Positions 50,412-59,300 of a stretch of DNA of 64,000 bases are shown one piece after another. Positions within the stretch are counted from its first letter, which is position 1. Every line of letters starts with the position of its first letter. The translations under genes and the position numbers were made by a program. The notes under the pieces were generated by a model that worked only from the letters and a program-made list of their open reading frames with translations, was not told where the DNA came from and did not search any database. Source of the DNA: an uncultured Candidatus Entotheonella sp. (GTDB lineage: Bacteria > Tectomicrobia > Entotheonellia > Entotheonellales > Entotheonellaceae); contig CBDCDA010000001.1 of the NCBI GenBank assembly GCA_965215335.1, positions 640,001-704,000 on the forward strand, in the 5' to 3' direction.

Positions 50412-51194
50412 CTAAACCACCGCGCCGGCTCCTCCATCGATGTTGACCGCGGTGCCGGTGATGAAGGCGGCACGGGCCGAGGCCAGGAACGCCACCAGGT
50501 CGGCGACTTCCGCCGCCTCCCCGATGCGGCCGACCGGGGTGCGCCTGCCGACCTGCTCGTAATACGCTTCCAGGGACATCTGCGGCGCTTCAAGCTGATG
50601 ACGACGTTCCCATTGGGCACTTTTCAGGATGCCCAGGCAGATCGTGTTCACCAGGATGTTTTCCGGGGCGTACTCGGTGGCCATGGACTTGGTCAGATTG
50701 ATGCCGGCGGCGCGACTGACAGAGGTGGGCAGGGCCTTTTGGCCAGGAGCCTTTCCGCCGACCGTCGTCATGTTGATGATGCGCCCGCCGCCACGCTGGC
50801 GCATGAACGGAATGGCGGCCCTGGAACAGCGAATGGTGCCGAACAGCTTGATTTCCAGGTCCTCGCGCCACAAGTCGTCGTCCGCGTCGAGGAAGGCCCT
50901 GGCGCGCGAGCCGCCGGCGTTGTTCACCAGGATGTCGATGCCGCCGTAGCGCTCGACGGCCTGGTTGACGAGATGGTTGACCTGCTCATCGCTGCAAACG
51001 TCCGTCGGCACGGCCAGCACCGCCACGCCGGTTTGCGCCTGGATCATGCTGGCGGCTTCCTGCAGCACCTCCGCGCGCCGCGCGCAGATGGCCACGTGGG
51101 CGCCTTCCTCACACAGCCGCACGGCAGATGCCCTGCCGATGCCCTCGCTGCCGCCGGTAATGATTGCGACCTTCCCTTCCAAGCCGAGATCCAT
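50412..51194 (-). CDS. SDR family oxidoreductase (atypical, lacks YxxxK)
   Basis: TGGSEGIG, NNAG and TSVSRAAG motifs. Confidence 0.9.
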   Translation of the reverse strand: MDLGLEGKVAIITGGSEGIGRASAVRLCEEGAHVAICARRAEVLQEAASMIQAQTGVAVLAVPTDVCSDEQVNHLVNQAVERYGGIDILVNNAGGSRARAFLDADDDLWREDLEIKLFGTIRCSRAAIPFMRQRGGGRIINMTTVGGKAPGQKALPTSVSRAAGINLTKSMATEYAPENILVNTICLGILKSAQWERRHQLEAPQMSLEAYYEQVGRRTPVGRIGEAAEVADLVAFLASARAAFITGTAVNIDGGAGAVV

Positions 51195-51436
51195 AACGTT
51201 CTGTTCCTCATGCAGGTAGGTCGGATCAGCCACAGGCGTATCCGACAATTCGACTGTGAAGTCGGATGACGCTGCCGACTCCGACCTGCCCGAGTGGGCG
51301 GCAGAGTATATCACGCCAAGTTGGTAACGGAGTGTGGAACCGGCAGGCCTGGGAACAGCGGGTGAGAAGCAGCGGAAAGGAGGAGCCGGGAGCCCAAGCG
51401 AGCCCCCGGGCAATCTGCCAGACTTTCAGGGCGGGT

Positions 51437-52519
51437 TTACGGCAATTGATATCCTTCCTTGCCAACGCGGATACGGTACAGGCTCTTGCCGGAGGTCACG
51501 TACAGCAGGTTGGCGTCCTCGCCGCGGCCAAAGCCCACGTTGGTGGGCAATTCTTCGCCGGTCGGGATGAAGGCCAACTCGTTGCCTTGCGGGTCGAGCA
51601 CCTGAATACCGGCGCGCCACTCGCAGCGCGACGCCACCCATACGTTGCCGTCCACGTCGGCCACCATGCCGTCGGGACCGCTGCACGGCGGGTCGAACTT
51701 GCTGTAGTCGATCAGCACGCGGCGGTTGCTCAAGGTGCCGTTGTCGTCCACGTCATAAGCCTGCAGCAGGTGCGGGCCTACCACGGGGCTTTCACCCTCC
51801 TTGAGGTTCTGGAACTCGAACCAGCCGTTATCGTTGCTGACGATGTACATCGTCTTCTGGTCCGGGGAAATGAGGATGCCATTGCACTTGGCGCAATTGG
51901 CGGCCACGCGCGTCACGGTCCCGTCCGGGTCGAGCCGGTAGGCGGCATAGCCGTCCTGGAAGATGGGCTCGTGGCCCAGGTAGCGCGGATCGGTGAAATA
52001 GATGCGCCCTTGTTCATCAATGGTGATGTCGTTGAGCGCGTTGTAGGGCCGACCATCGTAACGGCCGGACAGGATGTAGGTCTTGCCGGTCGCCATGTCG
52101 GTCCTGATGAGCATGCGGCCGCCGTAATCGGCGCCCAGCGCGGCGATCATGTTGCCGTCGCGGTCGAACTTGATGCCGTTCGACATACCCGACGGGCTGC
52201 GGAAGATGGAGGTCTCGCCGGTGCCGGGGTCGAACTTCCAGATGTTGCCGGCCTGCAGGTAGCGGCCCGACGGGTCCTTGCAGAAGGCCGTGAAGGTGAT
52301 GTCGCTGAAATAGATCATGCCGTCGTGGCCGGCAGCCACGCCCTCGGTGAGCATGCAGCCGCCGTCGAAGACGCGGTCCAGGCGGGCATCGGGCGACACG
52401 ATCGACGGGTCACCGGACGGCGCCGGAAAGCCCGGGTCGTCGGCGTACGCGGCGGTGGAAACCATGAGCAGCGCGCCCAGTAATGCGACGCCCCAGCGGA
52501 TAGGCCGTAAGGTCTGCAT
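51437..52519 (-). CDS. SMP-30/gluconolactonase family, exported
   Basis: TEG, NDI, NGI, PDGM and PTNVGFG motifs; signal peptide. Confidence 0.9.
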   Translation of the reverse strand: MQTLRPIRWGVALLGALLMVSTAAYADDPGFPAPSGDPSIVSPDARLDRVFDGGCMLTEGVAAGHDGMIYFSDITFTAFCKDPSGRYLQAGNIWKFDPGTGETSIFRSPSGMSNGIKFDRDGNMIAALGADYGGRMLIRTDMATGKTYILSGRYDGRPYNALNDITIDEQGRIYFTDPRYLGHEPIFQDGYAAYRLDPDGTVTRVAANCAKCNGILISPDQKTMYIVSNDNGWFEFQNLKEGESPVVGPHLLQAYDVDDNGTLSNRRVLIDYSKFDPPCSGPDGMVADVDGNVWVASRCEWRAGIQVLDPQGNELAFIPTGEELPTNVGFGRGEDANLLYVTSGKSLYRIRVGKEGYQLP

Positions 52520-52672
52520 CGTTCTCTCCTTCCCAAACTAGGGTCAACCAAGGTCGAGCTTCTGACTCGTGCCTCAGCTTGAAATTGCCGGTTCATGCCG
52601 GGCGTGAGAAAATCCTAAGGTAAGCATCAAGTATAAATCCTACCCATTTGATTATCAATTATCAATTTCAGG

Positions 52673-53488
52673 TCAGTGCATGACCAGACCGCCGGCGACG
52701 TTGAGGGCAATGCCCGTCACGTTGTCGGCCCGGGCCAGGTAAACGACCGCCTCGCCGATGTCGTCGGGGGTTTGCGGGCGGCCCAGCGGCATGAGGGTTT
52801 CGGCATACTTCCGGAAGGCGGCGTCGCGGTCCTCCCCCACCTGCTCGACGCGCTGCGGCAGCAGGATGTCGAGCCACATGGCGGTGCCGAGAATGCCAGG
52901 GCAGACGGCGTTGACGGTGACGTCGTGCGGCGCCGCCTCGTGCGCCAGGGATTGCGTGAAGCCGACGACGGCGAACTTGGAAGCGCAGTAGGCCGACAGG
53001 CGGGCGTTGCCGCGCTTGCCGGCAATGGAGGCGGTGTTGATGATGCGGCCCTGGCGTCGCTCGATCATGCCGGGAAGCACCGCCTTGCAGCCCAGGAAGA
53101 CCCCCTTGACGTTGACGTTCATGATGGCGTCCCACTGCGCTTCGGTGGTCTCGACAACGAGGCCGCTGTCGATGACCCCGGCGTTGTTGCACAGGATGTC
53201 GATGGGACCGAGCTGCTGCGTGACGGTTGTCACCATCGCTTCCAATTGGGCCAGGTCGGTCACGTCCACGGGCACGCCGATGGCGCGGCCACCGTGGGCC
53301 TTCAGCCCTTCCACGGCCTGCCTCACGTCCCGTTCGGCGGCGAAGGCGTACCCCGCGGTGCCCTGGCTCGGCGTGTACAGATCGGCCACGGCGACGTGCA
53401 CCCCCTGGCGCGCCAAGGCGTGCGCCATGCCAAGGCCGATGCCGCGGGCGCCGCCGGTCACGACGGCAACTCTATCTCGTAACTCCAT
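52673..53488 (-). CDS. SDR family oxidoreductase
   Basis: TGGARGIG, NNAG and YCASK motifs. Confidence 0.92.
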   Translation of the reverse strand: MELRDRVAVVTGGARGIGLGMAHALARQGVHVAVADLYTPSQGTAGYAFAAERDVRQAVEGLKAHGGRAIGVPVDVTDLAQLEAMVTTVTQQLGPIDILCNNAGVIDSGLVVETTEAQWDAIMNVNVKGVFLGCKAVLPGMIERRQGRIINTASIAGKRGNARLSAYCASKFAVVGFTQSLAHEAAPHDVTVNAVCPGILGTAMWLDILLPQRVEQVGEDRDAAFRKYAETLMPLGRPQTPDDIGEAVVYLARADNVTGIALNVAGGLVMH

Positions 53489-53726
53489 GGGTTGGCGCTC
53501 CTCTGATGGTCTGCCGGGAAAATCCGAATCATTTGGCACAAGCGAATTCGCCCCATCCTATCACGGACAGGACCAACCCACCGGACACCACATCGTCGCA
53601 TGACGATTGCAACGCCCGTCGCGTCGCCTGCAACGTCACACGGTGTTGCACCCTGGTCGTCCGCGCCCGGCGGGAAACGTCCACGGCACCGCGTATCCCG
53701 CCGGAAAAATCAGGGCATTTCCATTC

Positions 53727-53742
53727 TGGCACAAAGATTGCT
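53727..53742 (+). promoter_or_regulatory. Sigma54 -24/-12 promoter of the hsp20 pair
   Basis: TGGCAC-AAAGA-TTGCT matches TGGCAC-N5-TTGCW. Confidence 0.72.
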
Positions 53743-53819
53743 TCTTTTCAGTGGGCGTGGTCGGGACGCCAGGCGGCGGCCCGACGTTGACCATCCCTTT
53801 CTGGAGGAGGAATACGGCG

Positions 53820-54272
53820 ATGATAAAAAGTCCTGTGTGGAACGACATCGAGACCCTGTGGCACGAGATGGACAAGGCCTTCACCGGCCTCCGATTCACG
53901 TCGCCGGTGGCGGGCCTGGTGGATCACGCCTTCGGCAGTTACCCGTCGATCCGCCTGCACGAAGGACCGGAGGCTCTGTACGTCGAGGCCATGGTCCCCG
54001 GCGTTGCTCCCGAGACTCTGGACCTGTCCGTAGTCCGGCGTACCCTGACGCTGACGGGCGAGAAGCGGCCCCTGCATACGGATACGGATGCCGAACCGAA
54101 GGTGTTTCACCTCAAGGAGCGATCGGAGGGTCGGTTCGAGCGCCGCTTCACCCTGCCGATGGAGGTGGACACGGACAAGGTGAGCGCCGAGTACACGGAT
54201 GGCATGCTCAGGGTGACGCTGCCCAAACTGGGCCAGGATACGCCCAGGCAGATCAGCATCCAGACGGCGTAG
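53820..54272 (+). CDS. Hsp20/alpha-crystallin small heat-shock protein
   Basis: GGAGGAGG ribosome-binding site; ERSEGRFERRFTLP and AEYTDGMLRVTLPK. Confidence 0.93.
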   Translation: MIKSPVWNDIETLWHEMDKAFTGLRFTSPVAGLVDHAFGSYPSIRLHEGPEALYVEAMVPGVAPETLDLSVVRRTLTLTGEKRPLHTDTDAEPKVFHLKERSEGRFERRFTLPMEVDTDKVSAEYTDGMLRVTLPKLGQDTPRQISIQTA

Positions 54273-54327
54273 CGGCCGTGACGGAACAGCGGCTCAGAAG
54301 AGAAATCAACCAAGGAGGAAGTTGACC

Positions 54328-54726
54328 ATGACCGAACACGACATTGTAGTGGCGGAAATGCCCAAGGCAACGCCTGCGGCGTCGCCAAATACCCATCCCG
54401 AGCATTACGTGTCGCCGCCGGTCGACATTTACGAAACGGCGGACGGCTTTGTTCTCATGGCAGACCTGCCCGGCGTGTCGCGGGACAACCTCGAGGTGAG
54501 CGTGACCCACAACGTTCTCACCATCAGGGGGCATGCGCCCCAAAACCTGCCTGGCAAGGCGCGGTATCAGGAGTTTCAGCTGGCTTCGGTATTGCGTCAA
54601 TTCAAACTCAACAACGCGCTCGATGCAGAGCAGGTCGATGCCGAGTTCAAGAACGGCGTCCTGCAGCTCCGCATCCCCAAGGCCAAGGCGGCGGCAGCCC
54701 GTCAGGTCGAGATCAAGGTTGCCTGA
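54328..54726 (+). CDS. Hsp20/alpha-crystallin small heat-shock protein
   Basis: PPVDIYET, ADLPGV and AEFKNGVLQLRIPK motifs. Confidence 0.93.
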   Translation: MTEHDIVVAEMPKATPAASPNTHPEHYVSPPVDIYETADGFVLMADLPGVSRDNLEVSVTHNVLTIRGHAPQNLPGKARYQEFQLASVLRQFKLNNALDAEQVDAEFKNGVLQLRIPKAKAAAARQVEIKVA

Positions 54727-54745
54727 CTGACGGCAGCGACGGCTT

Positions 54746-54774
54746 CCCGGGCAGGGTGCGGCACCCTGCCCGGG
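54746..54774 (+). terminator. GC-rich hairpin after the hsp20 pair (no U-tract)
   Basis: CCCGGGCAGGGTG-CGG-CACCCTGCCCGGG, 13-bp perfect stem. Confidence 0.5.
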
Positions 54775-54986
54775 CGGCACCTCATCCGGTCTTCACCATT
54801 CAGGCTCTCCCCTCCTTCCCATCCTTGCACCGACCCGTCGCCGTCACTACAATGACCCCTGTTTTCGGGTTTTTCTCACCCTGGATTTTCCCCTCGATCC
54901 CGAGGAAAAGGGAGAAGCTCCCCCCTCTCTGGAAGAGAGGGGGGGCTATCCATGCAGGGGAACGGCGTCAATTTCGGGAGCCCCTC

Positions 54987-55478
54987 ATGTCATTCACCGA
55001 TACGTTCCTGGCCAACAATGCCCGTTACGCGGAGCAGTTTCAAAAGCAGCAAATGCCCTCGCCGCCCGGCAAGCAGACCGCCATCGTCGCCTGCATGGAT
55101 GCGCGGCTCGAAACGGGCCGCATCCTCGATCTCGAAGAGGGTGATGCCCACGTGATCCGCAATGCCGGCGGTGTCGTCACCGATGACGTACTGCGCTCCC
55201 TGGTGATTTCGCAGCGCCTGCTTGGCACCCGGGAAATCATCCTCATTCACCACACCGACTGCGGTATGCTGACTTTCAAGGACGACGACGTGAAAGCCGG
55301 CATCGAAGCCGACACCGGTCTGCGTCCGTCGTTCGCGCTGGAGGCGTTCCCGCATCTCGAGGACGACGTGCGGCAATCCGTGCGCCGCATCCAAGCCTGC
55401 CCCTTTATTCCGGTGAAGGACCACATTCGCGGTTTCGTCTACGACGTCGAGACTGGCCGCTTGAACGAAGTCACCTGA
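54987..55478 (+). CDS. Beta-class carbonic anhydrase (small, clade D-like)
   Basis: ACMDARL, IRNAGG, HHTDCG and GFVYDVETG motifs. Confidence 0.92.
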   Translation: MSFTDTFLANNARYAEQFQKQQMPSPPGKQTAIVACMDARLETGRILDLEEGDAHVIRNAGGVVTDDVLRSLVISQRLLGTREIILIHHTDCGMLTFKDDDVKAGIEADTGLRPSFALEAFPHLEDDVRQSVRRIQACPFIPVKDHIRGFVYDVETGRLNEVT

Positions 55479-55566
55479 CGGGGTGCGATCTCCGACACCT
55501 TATCCGACCCAATGCGCCAACGGCATGGTATCCGCACACCAGCCCATAAATTAGGAATCCTTGTTC

Positions 55567-56016
55567 ATGAAGCCCTTACGTTTCACCCTTGTCTTGTTTG
55601 CCGCTATGACCTTGTGGGCTGGCGCCGTTGTTCACGCCACCGCTACGGACCCCGATTGTGTCTCGGAAGCGGACAAGGTCCCCTGCCTGGCGGCAAAAAG
55701 CGACCCCATGGCGATGTATGTGATGGGACGGCGCGCCTATGACGCTGGCCGGGTATCCGGGAATTTGACGGAGGCGCTGGCGTGGGGGCAAAGGGTAGTC
55801 AAGGTGCGGCGGCACACCGGCAACATGCTGCTGAAAATGGTGTATCTGCAGTTGGGTGAGGGGGTACACCGTGATTACGTACAGGCCCACGTCTGGTTGC
55901 GCGAAGCCATCGACAGCAGCGAGGCGAACCTGTACCTGATTCCATGGCTGGAACGGCTGGAAGCGAAGATGGAGCCGCAACAGATTGAAAGGGCCAGGGA
56001 ACTGGCGGCCAATTGA
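55567..56016 (+). CDS. Exported Sel1-like helical protein
   Basis: Signal peptide; GEGVHRDYVQAHVWL...MEPQQIERARELA. Confidence 0.7.
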   Translation: MKPLRFTLVLFAAMTLWAGAVVHATATDPDCVSEADKVPCLAAKSDPMAMYVMGRRAYDAGRVSGNLTEALAWGQRVVKVRRHTGNMLLKMVYLQLGEGVHRDYVQAHVWLREAIDSSEANLYLIPWLERLEAKMEPQQIERARELAAN

Positions 56017-56043
56017 GGAATCGCCGGCCGCCGGGAGCAGGAC

Positions 56044-56430
56044 TTACGGCTCGGGCTTGAACTGCGTCTGGATGAACCTGGCCACGGTTTCAATCTCTCC
56101 CTTGCTGAGGATCGGCTTGAACGTGGGCATGCCCTTGTTCCGTCGGCCGTTGGTGATGACGGCGACGATTTCCTCGTGATCGAGCTCGGTATCCCGCAAA
56201 TTCGCCGCGTAGCCGCCGTAACTGGGGCCGCCGGTGCCGTCCTGTTTGTGGCATGGCACGCACCTCACGTACAGCTTCTTCCCTTTTCTCAAGTCAGCAG
56301 CTGCGTCGGACTCCGAGCCTTGGGACGTCGCCACGCCGGGCAAGATGACGCACAAGACAAGTAACAAGCCGAATACCCCAAACTCGAATCTTCCCTTCAT
56401 ACCCATTCCGAATTTCCCGCCTGTCAGCAT
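56044..56430 (-). CDS. Monoheme cytochrome c (start 56430 or 56400)
   Basis: CVPCH and distal GMP motif; signal peptide; downstream of the PQQ dehydrogenase. Confidence 0.88.
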   Translation of the reverse strand: MLTGGKFGMGMKGRFEFGVFGLLLVLCVILPGVATSQGSESDAAADLRKGKKLYVRCVPCHKQDGTGGPSYGGYAANLRDTELDHEEIVAVITNGRRNKGMPTFKPILSKGEIETVARFIQTQFKPEP

Positions 56431-56546
56431 GTTCGCTTCCTGAGAAGGTGTTCCGTTTTGCAGGTGCCGGTTGGCTGTCAGAGGTGTGTGCGTACAAGAA
56501 TGAGACGGGGTGGACCGAGTACGATCCACCCCGTCCGGTTCAGAGG

Positions 56547-58397
56547 TTACAGCGAGAAAACGTACAGGACGTTGCTGGGAACGGCCTTCTTCAGCTCGGG
56601 CGTCGAGTCCGTGAACCACTGCGGCCAGGCGCCGCCCAGACCGACTTCGATGGCGATGTACTGCTTGCCACCGGCCAGGTACGACATCGGCGGCGCGTTG
56701 ATGCCGGCGCCGGTCTCAAACCGCCACAGTTCCTGAAGCGTGTCGGCGTCAAGCGCCACCACGCCACCGTCCGCCAGGCCGGTAAAGACGAGACCGCCCG
56801 CCGTGGCCATGATGCCGCCCAGCAGCGGGAATTTGGTCTCCCACTTGCCGCGCACGGCGCCCGTGGACACGTCGATGGCCGTTACGCTGCCGGTGATACG
56901 GCCGGAAGCCGGGTCTTCGAAGGTGAAGTACGGAGCGCCGCCGAGAAACCAATCGCGGTTGGCCGGGTCCCAATTTTTCGGGGCGACCTGGGCAAACGCC
57001 TTGTTGCAGCTCTCGATAACGGGGATGTAATACAGGCCGGTGTGCGGGCTGTAAGCCGTCGGGGGCCAATTCTTGCCGCCCGTGTGGGCCGGGCAGGAAA
57101 TCCCCTCGACCGCGCCGCGCTCGCCCTCTTCCGTGACGCCGCCACGTCCCGCTGCGGTGCCGGGCTCGTAGGTCTGGACATCCGTGGTGGGATCATAAGA
57201 GGCGGGTCGGCCATTTTCGTCCAGTCCCTTCGTCCAGTTCAGCTTCTTCACGAACTGGGTGCCCCAGATGAACTTGCCGTTGCTGCGGTCCAGCGCGTAG
57301 GCGAAGCCGTTGCGATTGGCGTGCAGCGTGGCGCGCACGTATTGGCCGTTGATGTTGGTATCGACGAAGGTATTCTCCGCGATGGAGTCGAAATCGTAAG
57401 GATCATTCGGCGTATGCTGGAATCCCCACAGGAACTTGCCGGTATCGGCATCCACGGCGATGGTGCTGTCGGTCCACAGATTGTCGCCCGGGCGATACGC
57501 ATTGTCCCAGTCCGGCCCAGGGTTGGCCGTGCCCCAAACCACGATGTTGAGTTCGGGATCGTAGGAACCCGTTACCCAGGTTGAGCCGCCGCCGGTCTTC
57601 CAGGCGCCGTAATCGTCCTTCCAGGTTTCGTGACCCGGCTCGCCCGGCCCCGGAATGGTGTGAGTGCGCCAGATTTCCTTGCCGGTGTTCACATCCAGCG
57701 CCGCGATCCAGCCGCGCACGCCAAACTCGGCGCCGGCCATGCCGGTCAGCACCATGTCCTTCACGACGAGCGGTGCGCCGGTGATGACCTCGGCGATACC
57801 GGGGTCGGCCACCTGGGTTTCCCACAGCAGGCTGCCGTCGTTCTTGTTCAGGGCGAAAATGCGGCCGTCGATCACCGCGCCCAAAACCTTCTCGCCGTGC
57901 AGGGCAACACCGCGGTTGTTGATGCCGCAGCAGGTCACGCTGGGGGCGTAGTCCTTGTCAGCCTCGGGATTGTACTTCCACATCAGCACGGGCTTGCCGC
58001 CGCGCACGTCCAGTTTGGTCACGACGCCCCAGCCGGTGGTCAGGTACAGGAAGCCGTCTTCCGCAATCGGCGTGCCTTCCAGGCCGGAGAACGGGAAGAC
58101 GATCGGCGCGGTGCCGCCGCCCTGGATGTCGCCCATGGCCCAGGTGAAGGCAACCTTCAGGTTGGCGACGTTGGACTTGTCGATCTGCGTGAGGCCGGAG
58201 AACCGGTGCGCCTCATAGTTGCCGTGGTGGTTGAGCCAGTTGCCGGGCTCGTTCTCGCTGTTGACCAGGCGCTCGTGCGTCACGTTCCCCGCCATGGCCG
58301 TCAGGGCGAAGACGGTCAGGCCGAGCAACACGGCCAAGGCGCCGCGATAGGACAATTTACAAACGACGTTCATCAGTTCCCTCCATTGTTTGACCAT
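56547..58397 (-). CDS. PQQ-dependent alcohol dehydrogenase (methanol/ethanol family)
   Basis: EGTP, vicinal CC (TCCGINNRG), GAEFGVRG, GGSTW, QHTPNDPYDFD and GGKNW motifs. Confidence 0.93.
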   Translation of the reverse strand: MVKQWRELMNVVCKLSYRGALAVLLGLTVFALTAMAGNVTHERLVNSENEPGNWLNHHGNYEAHRFSGLTQIDKSNVANLKVAFTWAMGDIQGGGTAPIVFPFSGLEGTPIAEDGFLYLTTGWGVVTKLDVRGGKPVLMWKYNPEADKDYAPSVTCCGINNRGVALHGEKVLGAVIDGRIFALNKNDGSLLWETQVADPGIAEVITGAPLVVKDMVLTGMAGAEFGVRGWIAALDVNTGKEIWRTHTIPGPGEPGHETWKDDYGAWKTGGGSTWVTGSYDPELNIVVWGTANPGPDWDNAYRPGDNLWTDSTIAVDADTGKFLWGFQHTPNDPYDFDSIAENTFVDTNINGQYVRATLHANRNGFAYALDRSNGKFIWGTQFVKKLNWTKGLDENGRPASYDPTTDVQTYEPGTAAGRGGVTEEGERGAVEGISCPAHTGGKNWPPTAYSPHTGLYYIPVIESCNKAFAQVAPKNWDPANRDWFLGGAPYFTFEDPASGRITGSVTAIDVSTGAVRGKWETKFPLLGGIMATAGGLVFTGLADGGVVALDADTLQELWRFETGAGINAPPMSYLAGGKQYIAIEVGLGGAWPQWFTDSTPELKKAVPSNVLYVFSL

Positions 58398-58635
58398 ACG
58401 TGTTCTGCCGGACGCTACGCCAAGGCATGGCCGTCACAGCCTGCCAGCCCAACCCGTCGTCCGCAGAGCAAACGAGCGGGGATTTTACTCGAATTGCTGT
58501 CGAAAAGCCAAGCGAGTCGTTTGATCTGGTGTTGCGCTTTGGCGGGCGTTGCTTTCACCTTGATGGAACACATGCATGATTTGCACGGCATTGTGTTATG
58601 ATGCAGATTCTATTCTCAAACAGGAGGAGCGTCAC

Positions 58636-58899
58636 ATGACGAACATTTACGTTGGCAATTTGCCGTTCAGCACGACCGAGGAAGAGATACGCAATTTGTT
58701 CAGTGTCTATGGAACCGTGGACAACGTCAGTTTGATCGCGGATCGGGAAACCGGAAGACTGCGCGGATTTGGATTCGTCGAGATGTCGAGCGGTGCGGAT
58801 GAGGCAATTGCTGCTCTTAATCAAACCGAACTCGGTGGCAGGCGCCTGGTCGTGAATCTCGCCAAGCCGCGGGAGGAACGCCGACCAAGGCGATGGTAG
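58636..58899 (+). CDS. RRM (RNP-1) RNA-binding protein
   Basis: IYVGNL and RGFGFVEM motifs; AGGAGG ribosome-binding site. Confidence 0.93.
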   Translation: MTNIYVGNLPFSTTEEEIRNLFSVYGTVDNVSLIADRETGRLRGFGFVEMSSGADEAIAALNQTELGGRRLVVNLAKPREERRPRRW

Positions 58900-59042
58900 C
58901 CCGCGGGGCCTTCACCGGCTCCGTCCGCATGTCCGCGGGTATCACGTTGAAGGTGCCTGTTTTGACCTTGACCCTTGGCAATGTCGTGTGTTAGTAGTCC
59001 TCGAGTCGCCCCATTTCCTTCCCTCGACGAAGCAAAGCGCTG

Positions 59043-59168
59043 ATGAATTTCGGCTCAACAGTCATCCAGGGCATCTCTTCCCACTGCACCCACGGCACCG
59101 GCGGTGCGTGCTGTAGTTACGAAAGCCACAACACCTTCGGGGAGATTCGGATAAGCAACGTCAATTAG
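59043..59168 (+). CDS. Putative Cys leader peptide, 41 aa: MNFGSTVIQGISSHCTHGTGGACCSYESHNTFGEIRISNVN
   Basis: Hand translation; CTHxTGGxCC motif shared with the cysH leader; ends 26 nt before the terminator. Confidence 0.7.
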   Translation: MNFGSTVIQGISSHCTHGTGGACCSYESHNTFGEIRISNVN

Positions 59169-59194
59169 AAAAACGGTTTTTCAGACGACATGCC

Positions 59195-59231
59195 AAGCCC
59201 ACTCCCTGTTACAGGTGAGTGGGCTTTTTTT
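59195..59231 (+). terminator. Intrinsic terminator / attenuator upstream of the sulfite reductase
   Basis: AAGCCCACTCCCTGT-T-ACAGG(T)GAGTGGGC-TTTTTTT. Confidence 0.82.
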
Positions 59232-59300
59232 GTGACTGCACGGCGCCGGAAAGCCGACGCGCGGTACCCCACCATATCGACACGGTTAAGGAAACAGGCA

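Noticed and set aside
54886..54948. Two hairpins upstream of the carbonic anhydrase as an ncRNA
   Set aside because: No recognisable family features or U-tract; insufficient evidence
59190..59300. ORF-track N-terminal extension of the sulfite reductase
   Set aside because: It runs through the terminator hairpin; the ATG at 59301 with AAGGA upstream is more plausible
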